A stretch of DNA of 60,505 nucleotides, filler included, from Bilabrum cf. latius (taxonomy: Eukaryota), in assembly GCA_965178125.1 (NCBI GenBank). It is 4 parts of 4 records of this genome, joined end to end, with 100 filler letters (N's around TTAATTAATTAA, not from the genome) between each part and the next. Parts side by side here need not be neighbours in the genome. Positions count along the whole stretch, not along the records: positions 1 to 15,356 come from CBCXTV010000055.1; 3 more parts are not named here. The stretch is one strand, 5' to 3'. Positions 1 through 10,385 of this stretch are shown one piece after another. Under the pieces are notes generated by a model. That model did not search any database. It had not been told where the DNA came from and saw only the letters and a program-made list of their open reading frames with translations. Both the position numbers and the translations under genes were made by a program. How positions within the stretch are numbered: the stretch's first letter is position 1; each line of letters begins with the position of its first letter.

Positions 1-1380
1 TCGGAAGAACTCATCCGGCACGTCGACAATGGCCTGCATGTTGCCGGCCAGGTAGGATGAGATGCCCTCGGCCAAGCCTCGGGCATCCTCCGCATTGATC
101 CATGGCTTGCGGTGCAGTGTCGTCTGGTCGTCGTCGTCGTCACTGCCGGAACTCTCGTCGTCGTCACGAAGGGTGATATGCGCTGGTCGGATGGCTGGCC
201 ACGTTGGCGCTCGCGGCACAATGGAGCCCGAACGCAACTGCCGTTCTGGGGCCCTCTGGCGAACTGACGGTCGGAGCACCACCTGACGGCCACCCGTCCT
301 CTGGAAAGTCTCCTGCTCCTGGTACTTGTGCCGGAGCTCGCCGATCTCAGGGCCTGCCTCGTATTGCTCGGCATGCTGAGAGAGCATGGCGAAGTAGGAG
401 GTCGATCCTTTTCGGACTGGCCCCATTGCGCACCTGCTCTCCTTGGCCCAAGTGTCGAGGCTCTCCACCTGCGGTGGCTTCTGTGGGACGAAGTCGACAA
501 ACGCATTGGCCAAGCGCCGCTTCTTCCTGTGGCCGTCGAGCCAGAACTGGAACATGTTCTTGGCGAGCGGCTCGATCATGGCGCTGGCTTCGAAGTGTCG
601 ACCGACCGCCTTCGTCTGGCTCTTCGTCAACAGGCCCAAGGAGGCAACAAAGCCTCCGTTGGCCGGCCGTGCATTGATCGCGGAGACGGTGTCGGCGGCG
701 CTCTGGAACCCATACATTCCGGTGAGTATCCTCAAGCCCTTGTTGTCCTTGTCGATCTCGCGGCCGTGCGTCAAGGCGGGAAGCGGACCGATGACCCCGA
801 CCGGTCCTGCTGAGCCGGCGGGAATGCTCCACTCGCCGCTCTTGTAGGCCTCGTCCATGAAGTCGGAGCCTGGCTGCGTGTCCTTGTTGCGGCTCTCATT
901 GACCAAGCTGCGGTACGCCTCTGCGCCATCGGAGTCGACAAGGGAGGCCATGTTCTCGGCCATCTTCTGGGCCGTTTGGAAGTAGTGGTGGCTCGTCTGC
1001 CGGTTGGTCCCCTTGCTGTACGCATTGACCCATGTCGTGCTCAGCGCGGTGCCGACCATCGAAATTGTCGACGAGCCCGTCACCTGGTCCTGCCCATTGA
1101 TCTGGGAAAGCTTTCCCACGATCTCTGATGTGTGGACCTAGTAGAACTGGGCGTAGGCACCCCTGCCGAACAGGGCGAAGTCATCCATGACGTGCGCGGC
1201 ACCGGGCTCTGCGTCATAACGCTTGGGGGCCTGCTCCTGGCAATCCTTGTACTCCCTAAGCTTTCGCGTCTGCTCCTCGGCAGTGATGGCCATCTCGGTC
1301 TTCTGCATGGCGGCACGCACCTCCTGGCCGAATCTCCTCTCGGGATCCTGAGGATCACAGATCACATCGGCAGCGAAGCC
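1..1380 (-). CDS. Frameshifted continuation of the 3' coding region, unknown function
   Basis: Coding-like minus-strand sequence (VRAAMQKTEMAITAEEQ..., KNMFQFWLDGHRKKRR) broken into short frames. Confidence 0.4.
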
Positions 1381-2771
1381 TAGCGCTCCGTCCGTCTGCG
1401 GAAGGCTGTGCCCGTAGTCGCTGAGCCTGCGCCGCTTGGCGCGGTAGTGCGACCGGCCTCGCTTGCCTCGTGCGGGTTGAAGATGTTCTGCTCGACGCCG
1501 CCCTTGACGTGCTTGCAGCGCTGGTTGTAGAGCGCGGGGTCCAAATCTAGCGTCGGTGCGCACTCACACATGATGCGGAACGGAAAGTCATACTGATCAT
1601 CGTCGGGTGTCCCACGCTTGACCTGCTTGAGCATCTTGTCCTGGTCATTGCCCTCGTCGATCTTCCGGAGGAAGTTGACGTAGAGGCAGTGGCCCACCAC
1701 ACGCCGGGAGTTGGTGACCATGCCGTCAAGGATCTTCTGCTTGAGGTCGCGGCCCTCCGGCGTGAGGAGAAACTTCAAGATGCATGGCTCCTCCCACCAC
1801 CTCCTGTTCTCGTTCCACCAGAAGGGCCGGCTCGGGCAGACCCAATCCGCTTGCCAATAGTCCCAACTGGTCTGCTCTGAGGGGTCCCCGTTGCCATACA
1901 GGAACCACTCTCGCGGCGCACGGAAACACAAGTCGGCGTCTGTACCCGGCGGCGCATGGGTGTTGTCACAATCGGTGTCCCACTGCGAACTGTCACCGGT
2001 CTTGTTGCCGGCGATATGCGGCACCGTCCAGTACATCATCTCTGAGACATGGCCAAACCGCCAGAAAAGCCTGTCGTAGCGCTTGATGAGCCGATCCGAG
2101 TCGGCGCGCTTCAAGGCCTCCAGATGGCACTGGACTGTCATGATCTCCGTCTGCCTGGTGGCGGAATCGATGTCGGCTGAGGAACCGGCGGGCATCAGCC
2201 GATTGGCATCCGCGCCGCCGGTCGTCTTCTCCAACGCGCTCATGGCCTTCGTCCAGACCTCGTCGCTAATCTTCACATACTGCACCTCGGTGGCCTTCGG
2301 GAAGCCACCGGTGATCTCGGCCTCTGAGATGCTACGGTCGCGCGCTTGGGCAATCTCGGCGCTCGTGCGCCACTGCTCAACCTTTGCCTTCAACGAATGC
2401 GCGCTGCCGAACTGATCGAGGTGCAGTCGCTGCTCGTCCTCCTGGATCCTGGCACGCTTGTACGGAGGCGTCTCATACGAGGACACGGTGACTGCGGCCA
2501 GGAGCTCGCCCTGGTTGATCGCCAACGGCGGACACAGCTGGGCCTTACGCCCGAGCGTCCAACCGTATCCCCTGTGATCGGCGGTGGACCATATGCTGAC
2601 CTGCTTCTCCGTCGGGTCATCGCGGTTGCGGACGAGACCGCGGCGCGCAGGTTTGGCGCGCTCCCAGTCGACACAATCGCGACTCGCGTACAAGTGCGTC
2701 CCTTGCACCCGGCGGAACGGTGGTCTGCGAAGTGGCCTCCAACAAGATGAAGTGCTTCGGAGGCTGATCAT
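1380..2771 (-). CDS. Extra 3' ORF segment, unknown Trp-rich protein
   Basis: 463-aa ORF, same strand as pol, contains hairpin copy 2183-2223. Confidence 0.55.
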   Translation of the reverse strand: MISLRSTSSCWRPLRRPPFRRVQGTHLYASRDCVDWERAKPARRGLVRNRDDPTEKQVSIWSTADHRGYGWTLGRKAQLCPPLAINQGELLAAVTVSSYETPPYKRARIQEDEQRLHLDQFGSAHSLKAKVEQWRTSAEIAQARDRSISEAEITGGFPKATEVQYVKISDEVWTKAMSALEKTTGGADANRLMPAGSSADIDSATRQTEIMTVQCHLEALKRADSDRLIKRYDRLFWRFGHVSEMMYWTVPHIAGNKTGDSSQWDTDCDNTHAPPGTDADLCFRAPREWFLYGNGDPSEQTSWDYWQADWVCPSRPFWWNENRRWWEEPCILKFLLTPEGRDLKQKILDGMVTNSRRVVGHCLYVNFLRKIDEGNDQDKMLKQVKRGTPDDDQYDFPFRIMCECAPTLDLDPALYNQRCKHVKGGVEQNIFNPHEASEAGRTTAPSGAGSATTGTAFRRRTER

Positions 2772-4365
2772 TGATCGGAGTTTCTGATGAGGAGCCGGCG
2801 GGCATCAGCCGATTGGCATCCGCGCCGCCGATCTCCTCCTCCATGGCGACAATGTCGTCATCGTCGGGCGCCTGACCCGAGCTACTCGAGCCCTGAGGGG
2901 CCAAGCGCGTCTCAAGGGCAGACGGTCGCTTTCGTGGTCTGCGGAAGGGCTCGGCCTGACCGATGGCCAAGCGCGCAACCCTCTTCGCAATCTGTCCGAC
3001 GCCCGGAATCTCCGCCTCGCTGGGCTCGGACTCGTCGGTGTCGCCGCCGGACTGGAGGCAGGCGATACGTTGCCGTGCCTCGTCAGGGCTGGTCTCCGGC
3101 TCACGGTCTATGTCACCGGGCTGGTCCTGACCACCGAGCGGGGCAGTCGGTCGTGGCGCGAAGTTGATCGTCGTGCCATCGTCGAACCTGCCGTAGTAGC
3201 CGTCGACCGTGCTAGTGAGCGCGTCGCGGCCCAGCTCGGTGAGACACGTGAGCCACATCTTGTCCGTGACAAAGTCCGGATGCGGCAACTCGACATTGAG
3301 CAAGGATTGCGGCATTGAGCCCGATGGCTCGTAGCCCTGCATCAGGATGTGCCACAAGTTGGAGATGTCATTCTGCTCCGGAGTGTACTGGAGCTTCCAC
3401 TCGGTGGCATTCCGGAGGTACTGCTGCACACTTTCCTTGAGCGACATCAGCGCCAGCGGGTCATTGCCCCAGTCGATCGCAGCGTCCCTCTTCGGACCCC
3501 AATCGATGCCCACTTGGTCCATCATGGTACCGATGCAGCAGGTGTAGACGAACCTGCACATGTTCTCGTAGTCCTCACGGACCCAGAGGAAGGCGGCGGC
3601 GATCTCGTAGGCGTCTCCGATCTGCTCTTTGTTCTTGAACCAGCCGTCGAAACTCTGGACGACACCCCGGATGCTGTCGAAGCCTTGATGGCCGATGATC
3701 TCATTGACGCGCTCGGACAAGAACTCGTGCTCGTAGGCATAGGTATGGTTCTTGATCACGATGTAGCTGGCGCGCTCCTTGAGGATGCCTGCACGTAGGA
3801 ACACCTCGGTGGCCGCCCAGTCGGCGATGAGCGAGCCCAAATGGCTGATGCTCTTGAGCTCCTTCTTGAGGCCCAAGTGGCCGAATCGGATCTTGAGGTG
3901 ACAGCCCACGCTGATGGCAACGATCATCTTCTCATTGAACAAACCCTTGGGGCTGTACTCCCCCATGAAGTCGGGGAGATAGATGAGCGTTCTGCCCACC
4001 TCGAAGTCCACGTCGACAAGGCGCCGGTTGTCCTTGAAGTGCGTGTGCGCGTGCAAGAAGCCGCGCAGAGCACACTCGCATCCCCTATCCCGGAGCGGCT
4101 CCCCGTAGATGAGCGGGTCGGACTTGAACCAGTGGAGGACAACCAACAATGTCTTCTCGATGGGAATGGAGTCCTCGGCGACTGACTCGGTGACCCAACC
4201 TCCTACATTCGTGCCGAGCTGGTCGATGCGGTCGGCGAAAAGGTAGGTCCGCGTGTTTTTTTCAACGGGTTGAAGTCTCCCGCGTAAAAGTTCGTCCTGG
4301 GCGAAGTGTGCCTGGCACGAATCGGTGTGAGCATTGAAGCTGAGACGGCTGACTCCTTGGTCCAT
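2617..4365 (-). CDS. Extra 3' ORF segment with RNase III-like domain (~3540-3870)
   Basis: KELKSISHLGSLIADWAATEVF resembles ERLEFLGDAVL; KEQIGDAYEIAAAFLW resembles KxLADxFEAxxGAIY. Confidence 0.55.
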   Translation of the reverse strand: MDQGVSRLSFNAHTDSCQAHFAQDELLRGRLQPVEKNTRTYLFADRIDQLGTNVGGWVTESVAEDSIPIEKTLLVVLHWFKSDPLIYGEPLRDRGCECALRGFLHAHTHFKDNRRLVDVDFEVGRTLIYLPDFMGEYSPKGLFNEKMIVAISVGCHLKIRFGHLGLKKELKSISHLGSLIADWAATEVFLRAGILKERASYIVIKNHTYAYEHEFLSERVNEIIGHQGFDSIRGVVQSFDGWFKNKEQIGDAYEIAAAFLWVREDYENMCRFVYTCCIGTMMDQVGIDWGPKRDAAIDWGNDPLALMSLKESVQQYLRNATEWKLQYTPEQNDISNLWHILMQGYEPSGSMPQSLLNVELPHPDFVTDKMWLTCLTELGRDALTSTVDGYYGRFDDGTTINFAPRPTAPLGGQDQPGDIDREPETSPDEARQRIACLQSGGDTDESEPSEAEIPGVGQIAKRVARLAIGQAEPFRRPRKRPSALETRLAPQGSSSSGQAPDDDDIVAMEEEIGGADANRLMPAGSSSETPINDQPPKHFILLEATSQTTVPPGARDALVRESRLCRLGARQTCAPRSRPQPR

Positions 4366-4563
4366 AAGTCAAACGGTGGGGCGCCGGGCATCAGCCGATT
4401 GGCATCCGCGTCGGCGCTCCCTTCTCGCTGATCGTCGGCGTGCTCACGGCGCTCGTCGCGATTGCCCGTGGTGTAGGCATCGTTGTTCACTTCGTCGGCG
4501 GTTCGCAACCTGAGGGCAAACTGTCTGCGTCGCTCCTCGAGCACTTCTTCTTTCGTCTTGAAG

Positions 4564-6399
4564 TCAAACAAGCCCTTGCCTTCGTTGTTCGATGGTCGGG
4601 AGCGCACACATGCCCCTGTTGAGGTGCTCTGCTCCCGGGATCGCCCGGAAGTGCAGCCTGCTGTTGTTGACCATTTCCAGCAGGAGCCGGGCTCGCGCTC
4701 GCCACTTGATGCGTTTGTCGCCCGAGGAGAACTCCTCCTTCGTCTTGCGAAGCCTCTTGTTGCGCTGGTGCTCGGCCCTGCGTCGCTGGACGTCGTCGCG
4801 GTCGCTGGCCCCGGAAACGATCTGGGTGGCCCTCTGCTGAGAGGACGGAACCACCTCGGATGACATCGGTCGCATGTTGGCCGGAACTGTGGATGAGGAA
4901 GAGATGCTGTTCCCATTGGCGTCATTCAGCTCCGAGTCGCCAACCTCCAGGCTGGTCAAGGGACCGGCCCGATCATTGACCCATCCGCTCTCGAACATGT
5001 CCCGCGCGCCTCCGGTGCTCTGAGGGGTGTGCTTGTTCATCTCGATGGTGTACGGCACGAGGAAGCTGTAGTCCATGTAGCGGCCGCCTGCATGGTCCGG
5101 AATGTGGCGCTTGACAAACTGTGTGCCTTCCGGAAGCAACCCGCCGGCGGACGCAACCCACCGGTAGTTGCGGACAAGGGCGCTGTCCTCGTCGTGGTTT
5201 CCGAACCGAGCCCGGGCGATCTGCTTGAGGTCCTGACGCTTCTCGTCGCCGCGAAGGTACTCGTTCTCCAATGTGCGTTTGCGGCTGTAGTCAACGCGCG
5301 GAGGGACGTCGCCGTCATAGTCGCCGCGATCCATCACGTAGCCCGGCCTGCATCGCACTGTCACCTTGGCATTCTGGGCGCGCAAGTCATTGAAGATGCG
5401 CGCGTGGTCGTTTCCGTCCCGGAGGATGCGCGAATGCTTGTGTCGGTCGTCCTTGCTCGCAATCTTCTCGACGTCCTCGTGCAACTGAATCGGATCCATC
5501 TCAAACTCGGCGTGGGCGTCCCGGAGAGCGAGCCTGTCGGTGTACTCGGGCGGCACGGACAAGAAGTAAACGTGCGTGATGCGCAGGTCCTCGGGCATGT
5601 ACCCGTACATTGGGCGCTCGCCGAGGCTTTGCCACAAGTAGCGATTCAGCCGAGCGACCACACGGAGGACTGCGGTCATGGGGAGCGTGCCGTCGGTGGC
5701 CAACAAAGTGGCCGGAGGAAAGTCCTGCGTCTCCCTGATCCTCGGGTGGCTGCAAGCCTCCTGGCAGTCCTTGGTCAGCCGCACCAACGGCACCGAAGCT
5801 GCGGGCCGCATGATGAAGTCTTCATTGATCAAGTCGAGGATCGGGCCCGGGCCCTTCGTCTCGTTGTTGACATCGCCGAGATGCCAGGCGCCGAGGGTGA
5901 ACGAACCTTGGCCGTAGCTAGGCTTGAGGCCCTGTCGGATGATGAACGGCACATTCGACGCCCAAGTGCCATGGAAGAGACAGTCCGGCTCGCTGCCGAA
6001 CGCATCCGGAATGGGCTTGCCGTTGGGAATGCTCACCATGTAGCCTGGCGGAATGACCTGTGCCGCGGTCGAAAGCGTCTTCTGGTACATGAGCTTGTTG
6101 CTCGGCCACATTAAGCACGAGTCCGAGTAGGAGCCGGCGTGCCGGCACTCCAAGAAGAAGTGGCTGATGGACGATCGCGGCGCGAACATCTGCGGATGGC
6201 CGACATCGGCCAGCCATTGGATGCACTCGAACTTCTTGGCGTACGTATGGATCGCATTGGAGTGGATGTCCGTATTGACGCTTCTGGGAGCGCGCAATTG
6301 ATCGTTCCGCACCAATTGGTTGCGGAAGTCGATGTGGAACTGGGCCTGCTGCCTCGACGGGAGGCCAGCAGCCGGTATCCATCGCGCGAACTCCGGCAA
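4564..6399 (-). CDS. Extra 3' ORF segment with ADP-ribosyltransferase (PARP/Tpt1-like) fold motif
   Basis: CLFHGTWASNVPFIIRQGLKPS matches the [LY]HGT-x5-7-I-x3-GL ART strand; later triad residues look degenerate. Confidence 0.55.
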   Translation of the reverse strand: MPEFARWIPAAGLPSRQQAQFHIDFRNQLVRNDQLRAPRSVNTDIHSNAIHTYAKKFECIQWLADVGHPQMFAPRSSISHFFLECRHAGSYSDSCLMWPSNKLMYQKTLSTAAQVIPPGYMVSIPNGKPIPDAFGSEPDCLFHGTWASNVPFIIRQGLKPSYGQGSFTLGAWHLGDVNNETKGPGPILDLINEDFIMRPAASVPLVRLTKDCQEACSHPRIRETQDFPPATLLATDGTLPMTAVLRVVARLNRYLWQSLGERPMYGYMPEDLRITHVYFLSVPPEYTDRLALRDAHAEFEMDPIQLHEDVEKIASKDDRHKHSRILRDGNDHARIFNDLRAQNAKVTVRCRPGYVMDRGDYDGDVPPRVDYSRKRTLENEYLRGDEKRQDLKQIARARFGNHDEDSALVRNYRWVASAGGLLPEGTQFVKRHIPDHAGGRYMDYSFLVPYTIEMNKHTPQSTGGARDMFESGWVNDRAGPLTSLEVGDSELNDANGNSISSSSTVPANMRPMSSEVVPSSQQRATQIVSGASDRDDVQRRRAEHQRNKRLRKTKEEFSSGDKRIKWRARARLLLEMVNNSRLHFRAIPGAEHLNRGMCALPTIEQRRQGLV

Positions 6400-6585
6400 C
6401 TAACCACGGATGGCCTGGGCAATTGTTCTTCTCATGGAACAGCGGCAGGTTGTCGTAGAGGTCGGCTTGCGGATTTCGAGGAATCGACTGTTGCTGTGGG
6501 CGAGATGCGTACCAACTGGTCTTGCCGGCGCTTTGTCGGGACTCACCCGACACCCAAGGTTGCTGTGTCTGCGAAGACGCGGGCA

Positions 6586-8445
6586 TCAGCCGATTGGCAT
6601 CCGCGCCGCTCTCCGCCGTCTGTTGGTCCGTGTGGGACGACCAGTCCTCGGTGCTACGCCACGAGCGCTGGTCCTTGAACTGTCCCACCATGAACCGTCG
6701 GACTGTTGTTGGGACCAGCCCCACTGCTGGCCCGCACTGCTGGCGTAGGTCTGATGCTGCGCCTCGCTGCCCGACGTCCAGTGGCTGCTGGATGACGACC
6801 ACTGCTGTGACGAGGAGGAGGCGTCGGGAATCGAATTCGGTTGACCGGCAGGGTTCAGCCGATTGGCATCCCCGCCGCCGGTCCAAGCGCTGCCTTCTTG
6901 CCGTCCGCGTGTCCCGCCTTTCCGTCTGGCATGCCAGCCGCCACCGGCCGACATCGCAAAGAAGTGTGGTGAAGCGGTAGGTCTAGTGACGCGGGCGGCG
7001 CGCGGCAGAGTTCGGGCGCAGTCTTCAAGGACCGGAGTCCTGGAAACGGCTAGTGGCGGAATGACACATATGAAGTGGATGCCATCTAGAGCTGGACAGA
7101 AGCGAGTGCATGGCACTGAGCTGGAAGAAGTGAAGTTCTCGCGTAGACCCGCCGGCATCAGCCGATTGGCATCCGCGCGGCAGGCCATCAACATGCTGTC
7201 CTGCTGAGCAATGCCTTCGGTCGGACTGACGATCGGTCGCTTCGCGGACCACGCGTCCGACTCGTGCTGAATGAGCATCTTGCCAGACATCAGATCGTGC
7301 AACAATTCGCGAGACACGGCCCCGTTTGTGAGGCCATATGCTGTCATGTCACGAGTGTCAAACCAGTCAATGGAGGACAAGACGCGACAGTCGAGAAGTT
7401 CGCGCAAGTGTTGGACATGCACAAACAACGACTTATCTGCCGGGGTCTTCACGGTGCTTGCGGTGACTGCCGCGTACACCGACTTGGCGTCAACATACAA
7501 AGCCATTGGCACAAACCCTCCGCTCTCACGGCATGCGCGCGCGACTTCAGCTGTCATCGGTCCGGTCTCGACTTCGCGCAGCATTTGTGCAACTAGGATG
7601 CCCTGGTCAACTGCATCGCCCGCCGAGAGAAGCTCAGCGGCGAAAGTGCTGCGAGTGACATGTCTTTTCGAGCGGCACGCCCACTCAATCACATGTGCAT
7701 GTGCTGTTTTGGTGAAGGAAACAGATTGGCTGGTGGGGTTCAGCCAATTGGCATCCCCGCCACCAGCCTGTCCGGCACTGGCCGATCGTGCGTCGCTGCT
7801 TGATTCGCACCTGAGGAACAATGCACCCCGGAGGCTGTAGCCGTCCTCCGGCTCCTTCTTGAATGCTGCGTCTGAGACCACTCGCAGGTGCGGAACGGTG
7901 GTCCTGTCGAAGGGAGCAAAGTGGAGCTTCTTCGGATTGCGCTGGACCCAGCGCAAGACTCGGTTGAGCTTCCGAGCATGCTCCACTCGGGGCTTTGCAA
8001 CATTGCGCTGAAGGGCGCAGATGAACACGAAAATGTCCACACGAGTGTGCGCGAGGTAGGCGAGCGCACCGAGCAGAGATCGGTAAAGGGCGTGAAGTTC
8101 CGTACCGACCTCGTCGTCGTCATTGCCGGAAGAGACCTGCGGGTGCGCGATCGGCTTCAACGCGTTTGCAAAGTGAATCTGGTCCAGAGAGACCGCGAGG
8201 GTCTTCGGACATTGAACATGACGCACGCCGCAGTTGGTGAACTCGTGTTTGTTCACCTTGAGTTCGCCAAAGACTTTCTGGATCTCGGCCATGGCTGTGT
8301 GGACAACGGCAGGGTCCCCGGCAAACTTCAGATCGTCGACGTGTTTCGTCATTATCAGCTTCAATGCCCCGTGCTTGTCATGGTAGTAGCATAGCTCCTG
8401 GTCGATAGTGCTCGGCTGAAGTCCGCACTTGTCACGGGTGACCAT
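6586..8445 (-). CDS. Copia RT C-terminal part plus RNase H (RNase H ends near 7250)
   Basis: KHVDDL, YRSLLGALAYL..TRVDI, VVSDAAF, RSTFAAEL, YVDAKSV, DMTAYGLT. Confidence 0.9.
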   Translation of the reverse strand: MVTRDKCGLQPSTIDQELCYYHDKHGALKLIMTKHVDDLKFAGDPAVVHTAMAEIQKVFGELKVNKHEFTNCGVRHVQCPKTLAVSLDQIHFANALKPIAHPQVSSGNDDDEVGTELHALYRSLLGALAYLAHTRVDIFVFICALQRNVAKPRVEHARKLNRVLRWVQRNPKKLHFAPFDRTTVPHLRVVSDAAFKKEPEDGYSLRGALFLRCESSSDARSASAGQAGGGDANWLNPTSQSVSFTKTAHAHVIEWACRSKRHVTRSTFAAELLSAGDAVDQGILVAQMLREVETGPMTAEVARACRESGGFVPMALYVDAKSVYAAVTASTVKTPADKSLFVHVQHLRELLDCRVLSSIDWFDTRDMTAYGLTNGAVSRELLHDLMSGKMLIQHESDAWSAKRPIVSPTEGIAQQDSMLMACRADANRLMPAGLRENFTSSSSVPCTRFCPALDGIHFICVIPPLAVSRTPVLEDCARTLPRAARVTRPTASPHFFAMSAGGGWHARRKGGTRGRQEGSAWTGGGDANRLNPAGQPNSIPDASSSSQQWSSSSSHWTSGSEAQHQTYASSAGQQWGWSQQQSDGSWWDSSRTSARGVAPRTGRPTRTNRRRRAARMPIG

Positions 8446-9361
8446 CTGGAGTTTGAGCGAGAAGGCGCGGGGCGCATCGACTAGCCCGTGCCTGGCTTGT
8501 CACAATGAAGGACTTCCGCGCGGGGGTAAAGCCTGGGATCTGTCGAAGTTGGGACATGTTGTAGGCCGGAAGGTAGAAGTTAACCTCGCGGGCGGGCTCG
8601 CCCGTGAGCTTGGCAAGCTCCTCGTAAGTGACACCTTGGAGAAATGCCTTGGAGATGTCTGCGGCGCAAAGAACCCAACCGCGGAGGACTGCCTCAGACA
8701 CAATGAGCTTCTGCGAGCCTCTGGTCGAAGTGCCGGCATACCTGTCAATATCCCACTTGTCGGCGTCCTTGAATCCCCTCATGGTGAGCCGAGCCCGTAT
8801 CGTCTTCTTGGCAGTAGCCGAGGAGTTCTGGAACCCTGTCTTCGTCGCGTCAACGGTCTGCTCTTCATACTTGAACTTGTACACCCATCGTGTGTCAATG
8901 GCGTTTCTGGCTTCTGTCTTTGGCTTCCGACTGAAACACTGGAGCTTTGCCCATGTCTGGAGCTCCTTGAGCATGGCATCCTCGATCTCCTTCCAATGGT
9001 CATTGACCTGTTGTGGAGAGAGCACATCGTCATCGCGCTGCACCACGGCGCGTCGAGCGTTGTTCGTCTCGACCTTCAAGACGAGCTGCTCGTTCGGATT
9101 GAGTGCTCGGCCATTGCTCCACATGAGGTTCGCCGTGGGGTACGGGACGATGAGCTCAACGCTGTCGTCAAGTGTTTCGGGCGCGTGCAAGACCGCGTCC
9201 TTGTGGCCAATGACATTGAACTCAAGGAAAAGCTCCATGGGAAGCCGGTCCAACTGTTGAAAAGCACAGTGTGGGTCTGCCGGCATCAGCCGATTGGCCT
9301 CCGCACGGCAGACCACGTCTTCTGCCGCTTGGGCGGCATCCGAGGAATCGGCGATGAGCAC
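8432..9361 (-). CDS. Copia-type reverse transcriptase, N-terminal part
   Basis: KELQTW..NAIDTRWVYKFK..IRARLTMRGFKD..ADISKAFLQG. Confidence 0.9.
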   Translation of the reverse strand: MLIADSSDAAQAAEDVVCRAEANRLMPADPHCAFQQLDRLPMELFLEFNVIGHKDAVLHAPETLDDSVELIVPYPTANLMWSNGRALNPNEQLVLKVETNNARRAVVQRDDDVLSPQQVNDHWKEIEDAMLKELQTWAKLQCFSRKPKTEARNAIDTRWVYKFKYEEQTVDATKTGFQNSSATAKKTIRARLTMRGFKDADKWDIDRYAGTSTRGSQKLIVSEAVLRGWVLCAADISKAFLQGVTYEELAKLTGEPAREVNFYLPAYNMSQLRQIPGFTPARKSFIVTSQARASRCAPRLLAQTPDGHP

Positions 9362-9947
9362 CGTCGACAGAATCTGCTACATCTCTGGGTCCTCGTGGAC
9401 AAGAAAGTCCGACAGGAGCGACTGCTTCGTCCCGTCGCTGTCGTCAACTTCGCTGATGCGTTCCCCGGGGATCGTCGAAAGTCGCTGTGCGCTGTCGGTT
9501 GCTGCAGACGGTGTCTCAGGTGAAATATCCTTGGTGCCTTGGGACTGCTGCTCGACAAGGTCGACCGACTCCGCGTGGCAATAGAACTGAACCACGCAGT
9601 AGTCGGCCCAACGATGGCCCACGGTGGACTGCACGGAGAATCGCGGAATGTGGCCGGTATGAGCGGCGGTCTGCTGGGGAAGATGTACGGCCCGCCTCCT
9701 CGGGGCCACAACATGCTGACACACAACTCATGCCCTTGAGAGCCGCCGATGTGGCGCGCAACCATGCCGGCCTTAACCGTGACCACATTGTCGAGCTGGA
9801 GATGGTTCTCGCCGAAGAAACGGGCTGCGCACAGGAACTCGGATCGAAAAGTAGGCGCATACGCATTGGTGGTCCTGCGCCAGCCAGTCGGCGTCTTCTC
9901 GGGTCCCACACTGACGGTGGAACCCTCATTGCGCTGATTCACCATTC

Positions 9948-10385
9948 TCACCACTGTCGACCAAGCGTTGCGGTGCACGGGGCTGTGGAAAGTCGCGTAG
10001 GAGACGTCCATGGTGAAGTATAGGAGAGGTGACGTCTTACGTGGCGGATGGCCACCTCGTACAACCCACGCAACCACCGGACGGTGACCATGCCCTGAGG
10101 CAGATTGGTGAGGTCGACAACGGTTGCCGGTCCGTACCATCCCGAAACGTCCTTGGTCGAAGGCTCACGGTAGAAGTCAACCTCGTCGCCCAGCCGGAGG
10201 TGCAACTGCTCACCTGCCATAGTCGTCCTTGTGCTGAGCGCTCTGTTGATCCTGGCCTGGGCTGAGCCCTCGACAATGGACTGCACGGCAAGCTCTCGGA
10301 GCCTGTGAGCGGCCAACAAGTCTGTGTTTCGCTTGGAGTTGGCCGGGTAGTCGATCTGGTCGGCGCTCGGAAGGATATGCGGCAC
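9948..10385 (-). CDS. Integrase C-terminal SH3-like region
   Basis: GDEVDFYR...GWYGPATVV motif typical of retro-integrase C-termini. Confidence 0.65.
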   Translation of the reverse strand: MPHILPSADQIDYPANSKRNTDLLAAHRLRELAVQSIVEGSAQARINRALSTRTTMAGEQLHLRLGDEVDFYREPSTKDVSGWYGPATVVDLTNLPQGMVTVRWLRGLYEVAIRHVRRHLSYTSPWTSPTRLSTAPCTATLGRQW

